Of a stretch of DNA of 45,468 nt, positions 23,122 to 34,637 are shown in pieces. The stretch is from positions 1-45,468 of the forward strand of contig JALDZS010000185.1 of NCBI GenBank assembly GCA_022813965.1, written 5' to 3'. The notes beneath the pieces were generated by a model. The model was not told where the DNA came from. It did not search any database and was given only the letters and a program-made list of their open reading frames with translations. The stretch is from Toensbergia leucococca (Eukaryota). How positions within the stretch are numbered: position 1 is the stretch's first letter; the number at the start of each line of letters is the position of its first letter. A program made the translations under genes and the position numbers.

Positions 23122-24415
23122 ATGGATAAAGCCCAGCAAGAACATTCAGAAGTGGAGCAAGAACTCGACATCCGTGCGCGAGGCGAATTTCCCGGCACAG
23201 AAGTCGCCGCCAACCCCCCCGCCCCGCGCGCCAGCATCCCCCTCCTCGACGACCTGAGTTCCTATCTCGGCGACCACAACCCGCTCGCCCGCGAAGTCGA
23301 CCCCGCCACCGACGCCGTCTGGCTCCTCGACAACACCGCCTACAAACCCGTCCACAACACCTTTCATCTCAACAAGGCCCAGCAGCAGCCATGGCAAGCC
23401 GAGTACATCGCCGCCTTCTTCAAGATGAACAGCGGCGAGGACTTGAGCAAGACTGTGGCGGACCTTGTGGATAAGATGGGTTTGAATCAGAGTGGGGAGG
23501 ATACGAAGGAGGCGGAGGCGACGATTGCGGAGCGCTTGCAGCCGTTTGTGGATGTCATTGAGCCGGCGCGTTGGGTGAATGTTGGGTTTCCGGATGGAGA
23601 GGTTCGGAAGTTTGGGCCGAGCGGTAGAGATGGGATTAGTATCCAGACTTTGGAAACATCGTCCGACCACAAGGACGACGACACTCTTGCCATCAGCACT
23701 ATTCCTCCCGAAGTAGCACCTCACGGTTCCATGATAACCCACTTCGCCGCCCCAGAAGGCTGGCTCGTAGTATCCGGTATGTCCTCTCCCTACCACCCTC
23801 ATGGCTCTCTAATCACCACCCACAGACATCGACGACTCCATCAAGGTCACCATGACCCCCTCCAAAATCGGCATCCTGCGTTCCACCTTCCTCTCCACAC
23901 CCACCCCAATAACCGGAATGCCCCCTTTCTACGCCCACATCGAAAACCTCCTCTCCCCAACCTGGTTCTATCTCTCCGCCTCCCCCTATAATCTCTACCC
24001 CTTTCTGCGCCCCTTTCTACACGCCCACTATCCGAAAGGCACCCTCTTCCTGCGTTCCATCTCCTGGATGGACATCCCAGATTTCCTCATCGCGTCCCTG
24101 ACCCAAGACGTCGAAGCCTACAAGAGCGCCCGCATCGAGAAGATCCACTCCTGGTTGCCCAATCGCAAGGTCTTGTGTGTGGGCGACTCAACCCAAAGCG
24201 ACCCCGAGGCCTATGGGGATATCTGTCGCAGGCATGAGGGGTGGATCAAGGCTGTTTTTATTAGGAAGGTCACGGATGTCAGTGGGATGACGGCGGAGAA
24301 GAATTCAGATGAGAGATTTGAGAAGGCGTTTAGGGGGGTGCCTAGGGATATTTGGAAGGTTTTTGAAAGTCCCGAGGAGCTTTACAAGGCTGTGGATGCG
24401 TTGAAGGGAGTCTAG
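23122..24415 (+). CDS. App1-family phosphatidate phosphatase (DUF2183, HAD fold); exons 23122-23776 and 23826-24415
   Basis: VWLLDNTAY, spliced GWLVVSDIDDSIKVT, FYLSASPYNLY, CVGDSTQSDPEAYG, VFIRKV. Confidence 0.88.
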
Positions 24416-25375
24416 TTTGTTTGGTTTGTGTTTAGTGATTCAAAGCTTCGTACGGTCCTGGGTCTTCATTCAGACCCATTCGGAAGAGAAGATTGATGAT
24501 CTAGAGTGGGGCAGGTTGACCTATATTAGCACAATCGCGAGCGTTCTTCTTTTCATATATTCCCCATACTCGGTGACGTTTTTGAAGTCAATTTGGGAGC
24601 GAACATAGATCTAAGTCTCGCGAGGTAAATTCGAGACTTTGTAGACGTTTTCTAGGGTATATTAGTTTGTGTAGTATTCATTCATGCCTCTGACGTGTAC
24701 GCATGGTCCGTCTTCGACGTATAGTCCAATGATTGTGGCGGCACGGTCATTCCTGCCATTTCATGCATGAATTTCTTCTTCATTATTCCCAAGATTACAA
24801 AATGGACTTCGTCGAGGGTGAGAATGACTTCGATATCATTCACCCACGTGTCCGAATGCTCGGTGTTCTTAGCTTGGTGATCTGATCTTGTTTGCCCATG
24901 GCTTTTGAAACGACGTCGAGGATGAGGTGAATTTTGGAATTTTGTCGAGATTCTCATCGTTTGTCGCTGTCAGAGGCTCGAATTGATGACAGCAATGATG
25001 ATGAGTCCATGCTAAGTCATCTGAAGGTAAGGTACAAGAACTTTGAAATCACTAAGCCCAATTACGATAGCTGTCGTGTTTGTGCAGAATATTGAGTGCA
25101 TTCCCTCAGATTTTTACATATTCAAATGAGGTGCTAGGAGCGGATCAACAATGATCCTAGTCAGGAGTAATCGATTTGAGTCCGAGAGTACGGAGTAGAA
25201 TAACAATTGACCGCCGATTATTTGCCGAGAAATCACCAATTCATAGGCGGTCGTGGCGGTCAATTTCTACTCCGGGCCTCGATTCTTTGCTTGATGATGT
25301 TTTGAGTATCAAAGAACCTGGGGATATTGACCCCCAGTCTACCAAATCCACACAGCACCCCCAAAACCCCCAAAG

Positions 25376-26376
25376 ATGCGCCTCCGCCCCTTACCCCTTC
25401 ACCTCCGGACAACACCCCACCTCCACCCCCACCTCCGCCTTTCCTCAACCCTCCCATCGCCTCTAATCCAAATCACCGACATCCCCGCCCCACACACAGG
25501 CACAATCCGCATCCTAAGCCTCAACAACCCAGCAACCCGCAACGCCATCTCCCTCCGCCTCCTCGCAGAACTGTCCGACCAAATCACCACCATCAGCAAC
25601 ACGCCTCTAGACCCCTCCTCAGCCACCGCGCCTCGAGTCTTAATTCTGGCTTCCGCACTCCCTAATGCCTTCTGCAGCGGCGCTGATCTTAAAGAGCGGA
25701 AGACCTTCACCGCAGAGCAGTATATTTCCCCACCCCAGCTCCATCCCCCCAAAGAACATAAAAAATCTAATCTCCCCCCTCCCCCAAATCCAGAACCAAT
25801 ACCTTCCTCCACACCCTCCGCAAAACCCTCACAGCCCTCGCTTCTCTCCCCATTCCCACCCTCACCGCCATAAACTCCCTCGCCCTAGGCGGCGGCCTCG
25901 AACTCGCCCTTTCAACCCACCTCCGCATCTGCGCCGCAACCTCCATCCTCGCCCTCCCCGAAACCCGCCTTGGCATTATCCCCGGCGCCGGCGGTACCTA
26001 TCGCCTCAAAAGGCTGATTGGGGAGGCGAGAGCCTTGGATATGGTGTTGACGGGACGGAGGATTGCGGGGACCATGGCGGTGAAGATGGGGTTGTGTCAG
26101 CGAGTTGTGAAGGTTCCTGAGGTTGATAAGGATGGGTCGGTTACCGGCAACGGGGGGGAGGCGGTTCGGGAGGCCGTGTTGAGGGAGGCGGTGTTGATTG
26201 CCATGGAGATTTGTGAGGGGGGGCCTGTGGCTGTGGGGGCGGCGTTGAGGGCTGTGCTCGCGGGGAGAGAGGAGGTGGAGGGGGAGGAGTATGAGGGGTT
26301 GATTGGGACGGGAGATCGGGCGGAGGGGTTGAGGGCTTTTGAGGAGAAGAGGAAGCCGGTTTATACGGGGTGGTGA
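25376..26376 (+). CDS. Enoyl-CoA hydratase/isomerase, methylglutaconyl-CoA hydratase (AUH)-like, mitochondrial; exons 25376-25719 and 25794-26376
   Basis: LNNPATRNAIS, AFCSGADLKER, ALGGGLELAL, LPETRLGIIPGAGGTYRL, DRAEGLRAFEEKRKPVYTG. Basic presequence MRLRPLPLHLR. Confidence 0.93.
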
Positions 26377-26559
26377 GGGCTGTATTTTTGCCACTGGGCG
26401 TGATGGTGGGGTCTTTTGGCAGTTTGCGCATCGCTGTCTGTTGGTAAGGGGTGGCGTCTACAGTCGTTGGATTCTGTTTGTGCGCTAGCTTCTGGGTTCC
26501 ATATATTGTCTGATGTCCTGTCGCTGAAGTATATTGAGTTCCAGAATCTGGTGAGCATC

Positions 26560-29500
26560 TCAAAATCTTCCCTTGGTACAATACTCCTGCACTTCCTTTT
26601 CCGTAGCCCACCCGCCCCACTCCTCAACCCCGTCCACAACCTCACGAACCCTCTGCAACATATCTCCTGTAGCCCTCTTTCCCATACCCTCGCCACCATC
26701 CTTCTCACTAGTCCTCTCTTCAACAATTCCTTCATCACCAACACTCTCGTCGCTTATAGCTTCCCTCTCCTCCCAACTTTGTTCCCAAGCCCGCTCCATG
26801 TAAACACGGATAGCAACCATACACCTTCGCATCATTTTTTGCCCAATGGCGATTTCCTCGGCGACGGCGCGTAACTCGGGGGCGAAGCGAGACATCCATT
26901 GCGTTAACTCTAGGATACCGGCACGGTCACCACTGAGTCCAAGGACGCGGACAAAGGCGTGCAGCTGAGAAGGATTGGGGACGTCGAGGAGGTTTGGAAG
27001 GAGTGTGGATATATCTGCCTGGTTTGGGGCCGCTTTGGGGAGCCATTCGTTGGAGAATGGATCGGTGTCGGGTTGCATCGAGTTGATTGCGATTAGATTG
27101 TGGAAATGTGCTTTGACGCGTATAGGACCGGCAGTCATGATTTTTGCGGCGTCGAACCGTAAATGGAAGCTACTATCCATTTGCCTTGAAAGGCTCTTCT
27201 TTCGGTCAGAAGAAATCTGAGCGTCTCCAGATACAGCGTCCCTGGCTACTTTGCTAGAATGCTCGAGCACTCTTCGACTCGCCAGCATCGCTTTTTCTAG
27301 GCCGAGACATACATTTTGAAAACCTTGCATGTCGAGATCCAAGTCAACTTCCTGCATTTGACGAAGGAGCTCACATATGGTTTTCCATGCTAGAATATCT
27401 TGAAAGTTCCCTTCGTCCGCATGTGAAGATGCAAGAACGGTGACTCCAGAACGTGCTAGTACAGACAGTACTGAGTTCCACGGCGGCCGATAGGATGTTC
27501 GTCGGATAGTGAGAAGTCGAAGAGCATGTAGAAGAGGATCAAAGTACTTTGATCCCGTCTTAGGAATTCGCCGAGGAAGATTATTATTGGGACGAGAAAA
27601 GCGGCTCAGCAACTGGATGAATGCAGCGAACAAATAGTCCGGTATTGATTCCAGCCTGGATCTGGTATCAGGATTAAGGGAAAGCTCCGAGTCGAGTAAA
27701 GCTTGGATTGTGTTGGACGGCAAAGTGCTTGCTTCAAGATATTTGAATCCCCAAGCGAGCGTGAGAGCGTGATTCAATAGAAGTGCTAGGAACCTCCCCG
27801 AAGGCTTGATTCCGTCCACAACCATCATATCGAAGAAGGCGTGAAGGCTCGGTGGTGGTGTACGGACATATATCGCTTCTCGAGGGGAAGGTGTAGGACA
27901 TAATTCTATGCCGTCTCCTGGTAGAACATGCAGTGCATTCGGCGTGTCTTCATCATGCTGGAGTTTTCTCTTTCTTGCAAAGATAAGCTTCTCAAACATG
28001 GCATAATATACAGTATGAGATGAGGGCACCTTCCGGTCATTGTGGGATAGAAAGCAGGCCCAAGCTTCGTCAAGGGTTCTTGTTGCTCTAATCCTCGCAG
28101 CCCAAATGTTAGAGTTATGTTCGCCTTCATGTTCGCCTTGCAGTAGGCCTTGGCCAGTGTCTTTAGAGCGTCGTGAATGAAGGAATTTGGCAAGTACGGT
28201 ACGCTTTTGAATGGTAGGACTTCCGTCCGTATCCCATCCCGCAAAGATCTCTGCTACATTTTCCCAGACTTGGGTAGCATAGCCTGCTTCTCTGGCACGA
28301 GACATCGACTCGCTCGCACGACTCATGCCGTACTCTGCGCCTTTCTTGACATCCGTGCCAATTTTATCTTCTTTCCACGGTGGCCAGGACTTTGATTTCA
28401 TTGATGCCCAATCACGCTCTCGTAACGTCTTCTTGTGCGCAAGCTGTACACGAGTCACTGCTCGATAACCTTCTCGATTGATAGTCAGAGCAGGCTCAAA
28501 CTCGTTCATGTGTCTGAGAAGGTTGAATTGTGCTCGCTGATGGTAGGGCACTGATCGAAATGGGTTCACTGATGACGGAAATGAGAGTAAAGTCAATGCT
28601 TTGTTGTAAAGAAGAGTAAGACGAGCAGAGGTCCTCTCATCTAATGGACCTTTAGAAGATACCATGTCATGCTCACTCAAGCCATTCACATGTTTGATAA
28701 GCATTGACGCGATGCTTACACATGCCGCGGGCCAAACTTTTCGAGCTTGACGAACCAGTCGAACGAAGACGGTCATGATGGTAGTCTCTGACATCTTTGG
28801 ATATTGTGTTCTATCCATAGTTGATTTCTTCCACCGTCTTCCTAACGGATTTTCGGGATGGAAAACCTCTCCTTGGCTAGGATCAAGTTCACCATCCCAT
28901 CCAGAGGGACTGTTACCTTCTAGCCGGTGCCAAGCGTGCAAGATCAAAAGCCGTAAAGCACGCATACTAATCTGTTCTCTGCGAAGGAGAAAGAGGAACA
29001 CGAATGTTGGTATGTGTTTTCTTGCGGTTACAGAGGCTTGTACTGGTGGACTCGCTAACATCATCAACCTCATAGCTGCTTGCTCAGAGGATTGGGCAGT
29101 GAGGATCCAGGCCCATCCCATCAGATCAGATATTTCGTAGCCTTTGAGATGGAGCAATTTTAACGCCTGATCGTCCAAGATTTGAAGTAGAATTTGGTCC
29201 AAGTCCATTGCAGTAGATTCGTCATCGAAGCCGTCTCTGGATCGGTCCAACATGGGAACCACATGTAGAATATACCGAGCTAACAGGGTATTTAAAGTTC
29301 CACTTGGTGTTTCCAACTTCAAGATGGAGTCGACTTTTGCTCTTGCTCTTGCCTTGGCTTTCGCGTGCCGTTGATCTTCGCGTCCACCTATAGCCAGCGA
29401 GTGCGGTGAAGTGTATGACAGATCTACCTTCTGGGGCCGTTCCTTGGGCACTGCTGAGCCATGGCCGGTTCTTTTCAATGCCAAAATTAACGCAGATGCC

Positions 29501-29919
29501 TCTGGGCGAGCCATTGAACTCAAAACCGGGGCTGGGAGGTTGGGCTTCTTGTCAGAGTGTAATTGTCCGGCGAGTATGTTCCGTTTATTTTCGGAGCCTT
29601 CGATACGGTTGTGAGTGATGAATTGATCAATGTGAACAGCTGTAAAGCTTGCTTCCTGGCCCTGCCGAAGGGCATATTTTTGAACCGAATGGAGCTTTCT
29701 CACAACGAGAAAGCTTCTATCGAAGCGGCATTGGGTTTTTGGGCAACAGAAAGGTCTTGTAGCCGCTGCCTGTTGGTGGGTTAGAAATCTAGAGCCCGCA
29801 TAAGAAATTGAAGTGAAACTTACTCGGGGCCATGGCTGTGACGTTATCGATGAGGCGTTAATGAATGAAGACTTGATCTTGGCGGTATAACGCAGTAATG
29901 AGATATGCAGTCGTGGCAT
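26560..29919 (-). CDS. Conserved fungal helical-repeat (PPR-like) protein, probably mitochondrial, 1119 aa, intronless
   Basis: Long uninterrupted ORF with an Arg/Ser-rich presequence. PPR-like segments VYYAMFEKL, FFDMMVVDGIKPSGRFLALLL, PPWNSVLSVLAR, LLRQMQEVDLDLDMQGFQNVC. The family call is by resemblance only. Confidence 0.75.
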   Translation of the reverse strand: MPRLHISLLRYTAKIKSSFINASSITSQPWPRVSFTSISYAGSRFLTHQQAAATRPFCCPKTQCRFDRSFLVVRKLHSVQKYALRQGQEASFTAVHIDQFITHNRIEGSENKRNILAGQLHSDKKPNLPAPVLSSMARPEASALILALKRTGHGSAVPKERPQKVDLSYTSPHSLAIGGREDQRHAKAKARARAKVDSILKLETPSGTLNTLLARYILHVVPMLDRSRDGFDDESTAMDLDQILLQILDDQALKLLHLKGYEISDLMGWAWILTAQSSEQAAMRLMMLASPPVQASVTARKHIPTFVFLFLLRREQISMRALRLLILHAWHRLEGNSPSGWDGELDPSQGEVFHPENPLGRRWKKSTMDRTQYPKMSETTIMTVFVRLVRQARKVWPAACVSIASMLIKHVNGLSEHDMVSSKGPLDERTSARLTLLYNKALTLLSFPSSVNPFRSVPYHQRAQFNLLRHMNEFEPALTINREGYRAVTRVQLAHKKTLRERDWASMKSKSWPPWKEDKIGTDVKKGAEYGMSRASESMSRAREAGYATQVWENVAEIFAGWDTDGSPTIQKRTVLAKFLHSRRSKDTGQGLLQGEHEGEHNSNIWAARIRATRTLDEAWACFLSHNDRKVPSSHTVYYAMFEKLIFARKRKLQHDEDTPNALHVLPGDGIELCPTPSPREAIYVRTPPPSLHAFFDMMVVDGIKPSGRFLALLLNHALTLAWGFKYLEASTLPSNTIQALLDSELSLNPDTRSRLESIPDYLFAAFIQLLSRFSRPNNNLPRRIPKTGSKYFDPLLHALRLLTIRRTSYRPPWNSVLSVLARSGVTVLASSHADEGNFQDILAWKTICELLRQMQEVDLDLDMQGFQNVCLGLEKAMLASRRVLEHSSKVARDAVSGDAQISSDRKKSLSRQMDSSFHLRFDAAKIMTAGPIRVKAHFHNLIAINSMQPDTDPFSNEWLPKAAPNQADISTLLPNLLDVPNPSQLHAFVRVLGLSGDRAGILELTQWMSRFAPELRAVAEEIAIGQKMMRRCMVAIRVYMERAWEQSWEEREAISDESVGDEGIVEERTSEKDGGEGMGKRATGDMLQRVREVVDGVEEWGGWATEKEVQEYCTKGRF

Positions 29920-30519
29920 TCATCATTCCGTTCGTACAGTGAGTCGATAAGGAGTGACTGGAGAGCATTCGTCAAGCTTCTTTTGGTGGAGTCGGTATCT
30001 TTCTCGTAAATTACAATAATTTCTCATCACGTGCTAGCGGCATTCTGGCTAGCGTAGTAAGAATCTCCAATCGATCAGAAGGACACGCCCCTTGCAATCC
30101 AGTGACTGCTGGCAATCCTCTGAACGATAGATCGCTCTCCTACGAAATATGCTCTCACATCGACCTTCCTCTTGCTAGTCAAGCAAAGTTTTCGGCTGTG
30201 TTGTCGCGATTCTCATTGCAAAAGCCGCCAGCTTCCCTTCTTTGCGGCACTCGTCAAGCGGGATCTCCTCCTCGGGGTCCAGCACGACGAACATCATAAT
30301 ACCTTAACCCATCATTTAATCCCTCACTTGTACTGAGAATTGCGCCCTTGACGACTCTGGCTATCGCTCTCTCTTTGCGTACTAGACGTGGGTGGCCCTT
30401 TCAGCTTTGTCTGGGTAGAAGAATGGTGAAAGGCCAAGCTAATATCTCGCATTTAGATTTCGCTAGGTCCCATCGCGTAGCACCTTGAGCGTCTTGTGAA
30501 TTGCGCGAACCCTCGAATC

Positions 30520-33378
30520 ATGTCTATTCCAAACGGCCAACAGAGCCCTTCTACACCAGCCGATGCCACAACCATATCACAGACTATTGGGAAACGAAAA
30601 CGAACCAACACCGCTGAACACCTTACTGATACCAACACATACGACAGCGACCATGCGCCGGAGGAGAAGGCGACGAAATTCAGAGGCTTGTTGGGGGATA
30701 TACTCGATCTTCTGAAAAGGTAGGTCGTCTTCTTGAACCTGCGCCAAGCATCATTAGAAATGCCAACGACCTCACTCACTGCTACATCGCTGACCGTGGG
30801 CTCGGTAACCAGACTGGACACAAGTCCTTCCATTCTGCAACGTTCAATCACGTCAGTCACCGAAGAGAGCCGCATTGCCAAACGGGCCAAGTTGTCTATA
30901 CCGCCTGAAAAGACTACTATTGCTTCCCAAATTCAATCTAGTGTTTATACTACTATCGAGCAACTAATTGCAGATGTGGATACTGCAGTGTCCGAGTTTT
31001 GTAGCGAGGTCAATGTACGAAACGACATCAATAAGAGTTCACGCAACGCTATATACTCCTATGAGGATAGAGCTCAGGTATTCAAAGCTCTGGCGCTCAA
31101 GAAAGAGCTTGGTAGCATTGTGCTCAGGGAAATGATTCAAAGACCACATATATTGAACACAGAGGCCTTGGACAGTCACAGCTATCTAGGGGGTCACGAG
31201 ATCAAAGGCCTTGGATTGAGTACTGGCAGCGATGGAATGAGTAGGACAGTCTTGACTATGTATGGTAGCGCTCCCGGGCCCAAGCATTTATTCTCCAGCC
31301 TACAGGTAACTACCAGGATCGACGCGAATTCCATAGATGTTCAAGGTAAAGGTCAACCTTTCGCCAACATAGCAGACGAACTGGATTCTACCACGATGCC
31401 TGCTCCCTTAATGGAGTCTACATTACCCCCTGGTATCTCGGTCACTAAAGTTGTACCTGTGCATAGTGGCGAGTCAATGCCAGATAAGCAACATATGCCA
31501 ACTATAGGCGATGTTTTTGCTCCGCCTCTAACTCAAGTACCGCTAAATCCCCCAAGACAATCACGTCATACGGCAACCCGAAGCTCCTCTGTAAACTGGT
31601 TCAATCCTTCAGAAACTGTTCCCCCAATTAGAACAAACCGGCGAGAGTACTATATCAGTCAACCGTTGTCTACCGGCCAATGGCTGACCTACAATATCGC
31701 TCCTTCTCCTACACAACTCTCTTCTCCGGAGGCAAAGCGCAAGCAGCGAGACCGCGCTTTGAGTTTCGGCGAATCTAGAACCACGATATCTCAGGAAGAC
31801 GTCGTAGCTCATCAACAAGCGAAAGAAGACGCTGCGTTCCGCAGTGCGTATTCAACCTTTGGGCCAGATAGAGACAACGCAGCTGCGCTGGTACCAGAAA
31901 ACGTGAAGAATCGCTTATGGTGGAAGCGATTTGGAGAGACCAAGTACCACGACCTGTTGAGTTCTGCACCCTCGATTGACCTAGAGGAGGACGTTGTGGA
32001 AGTGGATGATCTCCTTCAAGATAGCGGACTAGGCGAGGATGATACGTTCAGAGAAGCTGTAGAGTCATGGGTTCCCGAAGAAGTCCCTTCAGACTTCCGC
32101 GAGGTTGCTGACGTCAAGGACGAGGCTCAAGAAACTTCTAAAGATGTTGATGAGATCCTACGGGACATTTCTGGCCTTCTTGAGACGCTGAACTCATATC
32201 AACGGGTCAGGAACTTGTCGCTAGCTACCAATTCACGTACAACGGCAGGACAGAATCCACAACTCACCGCAATGTCTGGCAGCCCAACAAGTCCATCATC
32301 TCCTGAGTTCGATATTTATTCTATTTTAAAAAGCCAATTGACGTTGATGATCGCCAGTCTGCCGCCTTACGCCGTTGCCAAACTTGACGGAGAAAAGCTA
32401 GAAGCACTTAATGTGGGCTCTCGTATTCAGGTTGACGGTAAGCAGTACAAAGGGACTATAGAGGAAGATGAATTCACTGCAAGGACAAAACAAGTAGCGC
32501 TGAATGCGGCTACTGGATCTACAGCACGAGGCGGTGCTACAAATCCAAGTGTGTCGGCACGAGGCGCCCATTATCAGCCTCCGGCCATTCCAATTGTGCA
32601 AACTCCACGATCAAATTACGCGGCTCAACCATCTGCTCCGAGACCTCCCAGCTCTGCCTTGTATGCCGCGCAGCAGCAATATTCTGGCCGTCCGGCAACT
32701 TCATCCAATTACTACTCTTCCACCGGTTATCGACCTTCATATCCCCCCCAGCGGCCTTCAACTTCGACTTCGGAGCGCTACACTTACGCAGCCTCGCAAC
32801 ATCCTATTCAGCAATCAGGGCAGACTCATCAAGGACAGTACGTTAATGGGTATCGTAGCTATCCGGCTTCGAACAGCCAGTCTTTTAGCCAATATACAAG
32901 CCCGATAGCGTCAACGCAGGGATCACAGTACCAAAGGCCGAGTCAACCTGGATATCAGCAACGTGCTCAGAACACGCAGCATAGCTATGCGTCTGAAACC
33001 ACAGCTAGAAGCGCCTCGCCACAAAATGCCGGGATTTCTTACACCCCTCAACATCAACCGCGCTACCCATACCACACACAAGGCTCCACACCAAGCCAGA
33101 GTCGGCCACAGCCCAGTCATCAAGCGTCGCAGTACGCAGTGCAGACGCCGAGCTCGACACAAGTCAATGGGGCAGGAAGTCAGCACACATTTCTGACAGC
33201 CAACGAACAAGCATTATTGATGAACCGACAGAAGGCGCAATTAGCTGAGCAGGTTCAGACCAGCTCGGTCCGGCAAGGGTCCGGCACTCCGCAGCCTGCA
33301 AATGGGCTTTTTGGGGGCCAAAGCAGCGGTGCATCTGTCCCCCAGGCGAATGGTGTGATGGTAGGGCAAGGACAGTAA
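30520..33378 (+). CDS. Conserved fungal nuclear protein, probable Rsc58-like chromatin-remodeler subunit with Q/S/P/Y-rich C-terminal tail; exons 30520-30719 and 30813-33378
   Basis: NLS-like GKRKR, bromodomain-like helix TIASQIQSSVYTTIEQLIADV, the motif GQWLTY...AYSTFGPDRD...RLWW and a low-complexity tail. The CDS is secure and the Rsc58 identity is inference. Confidence 0.7.
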
Positions 33379-34637
33379 GGGAGTGAGTAATGGTGGTGCG
33401 ACATGAAACATGGGCCAAGTGGTTTGAGTACTCGTTGGTGTATGGTGGCCTCAGCAAGCAAAAGTGGGATTCGCTTTTGGTGGGATTAAGTTCTATTTGT
33501 CCGGCCCATGTAGGTGCAGGCGGATGTACGATAATAGAAAGGGGGCTTGATACAGGCCAGGAAGAAAAGAAAAAGTGCTTCTTATCTACGCAGTTAGCAG
33601 AATGGTAACAATGCCTGATAAGCCGTGCATGCGCCAAGCGACATGTATGTTTACGGTATTGATAGTTGATACCGAGAGTGCCGGTTCTTTATCTCGTGTA
33701 CTCGATACTTACTGTGGAGTACCGAAGTTCGGACTCGGAAGCGAAGAGAGCAATGCTTATTTGAGTCGGTAGATACCTTAGGTACCTCAGATAAAGGTGC
33801 TTCTAGTGGTATCAGGAAAGCAGAGTAGATGCTGAACTCAATGAATTACGTTGCTTGATGTCATTGATCAATTGGAAATGGAAACGGAAATTGCATACTC
33901 TCACACTTCACTCAACGTTAAATTCAGGTATCGAGACTTCAATGTCTTGGCAATAAGGTACCTTACCACTGCTTACCTTATCTGTAAGGTACTCGGTATC
34001 TATCCAAGGTATACCTTACTCCGTACTACGGTGTAAATACGCCGTAAAGTAAGCCAGTCAATGAATATTATCGATTTATTGTCATGAGTTCCTGGTAGTA
34101 TCGGGTCTTATATGCTATATGCGGCGCCAGCACATGGTTACAGAATCGCCTCCTTGCAGATCTGACGACAAGCGGAGCGAGCCACTCTCCTACTGTTGGA
34201 AGCGGCAACAACAATTGGTGAAGGCCTCAGACCCCAATTACTGCCCGACGAAGGGAAGTGTCGTGCAGGATTCAGCTAGCCACTGGTGACGCCCCGAACA
34301 AGACCATGACCAAGGTCATGACCAGAACAGGGCGCACCGCATATTCTACTGTTCTGTTTCACCTCATGACACTGTGGTAGTCGGCTCTCGTTCATGAAGC
34401 CGTTCCCTCTCTCAAGCTTCCTCAGCATCAATTGAAGAATCACCTTTTCGTTATTCTACCTTCGTATTCATTGATTCATTGGCCTTGCATTGCTCTTTTC
34501 GGACCTTTGTTGCCGTAGATCCTTGTCTATGATCTGGCTACCACAATCTCACAATTGTCTTAGTCTCACTCCACAATTCAATTCCATATCTATCTCATTT
34601 GTCTACGAGAGGGAATAAATTACACTAGCCACCAGAG

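Noticed and set aside
24682..24957. Minus-strand 91-aa ORF containing LTLDEVHFV, resembling a DExH Walker B motif
   Set aside because: No Walker A or other helicase motifs nearby, so a chance match or an unidentifiable relic.
34305..34356. Short inverted repeats CATGACC-AA-GGTCATG and CAGAACAG...CTGTTCTG
   Set aside because: Stems are only 7-8 bp with no supporting context, so they cannot be separated from chance.
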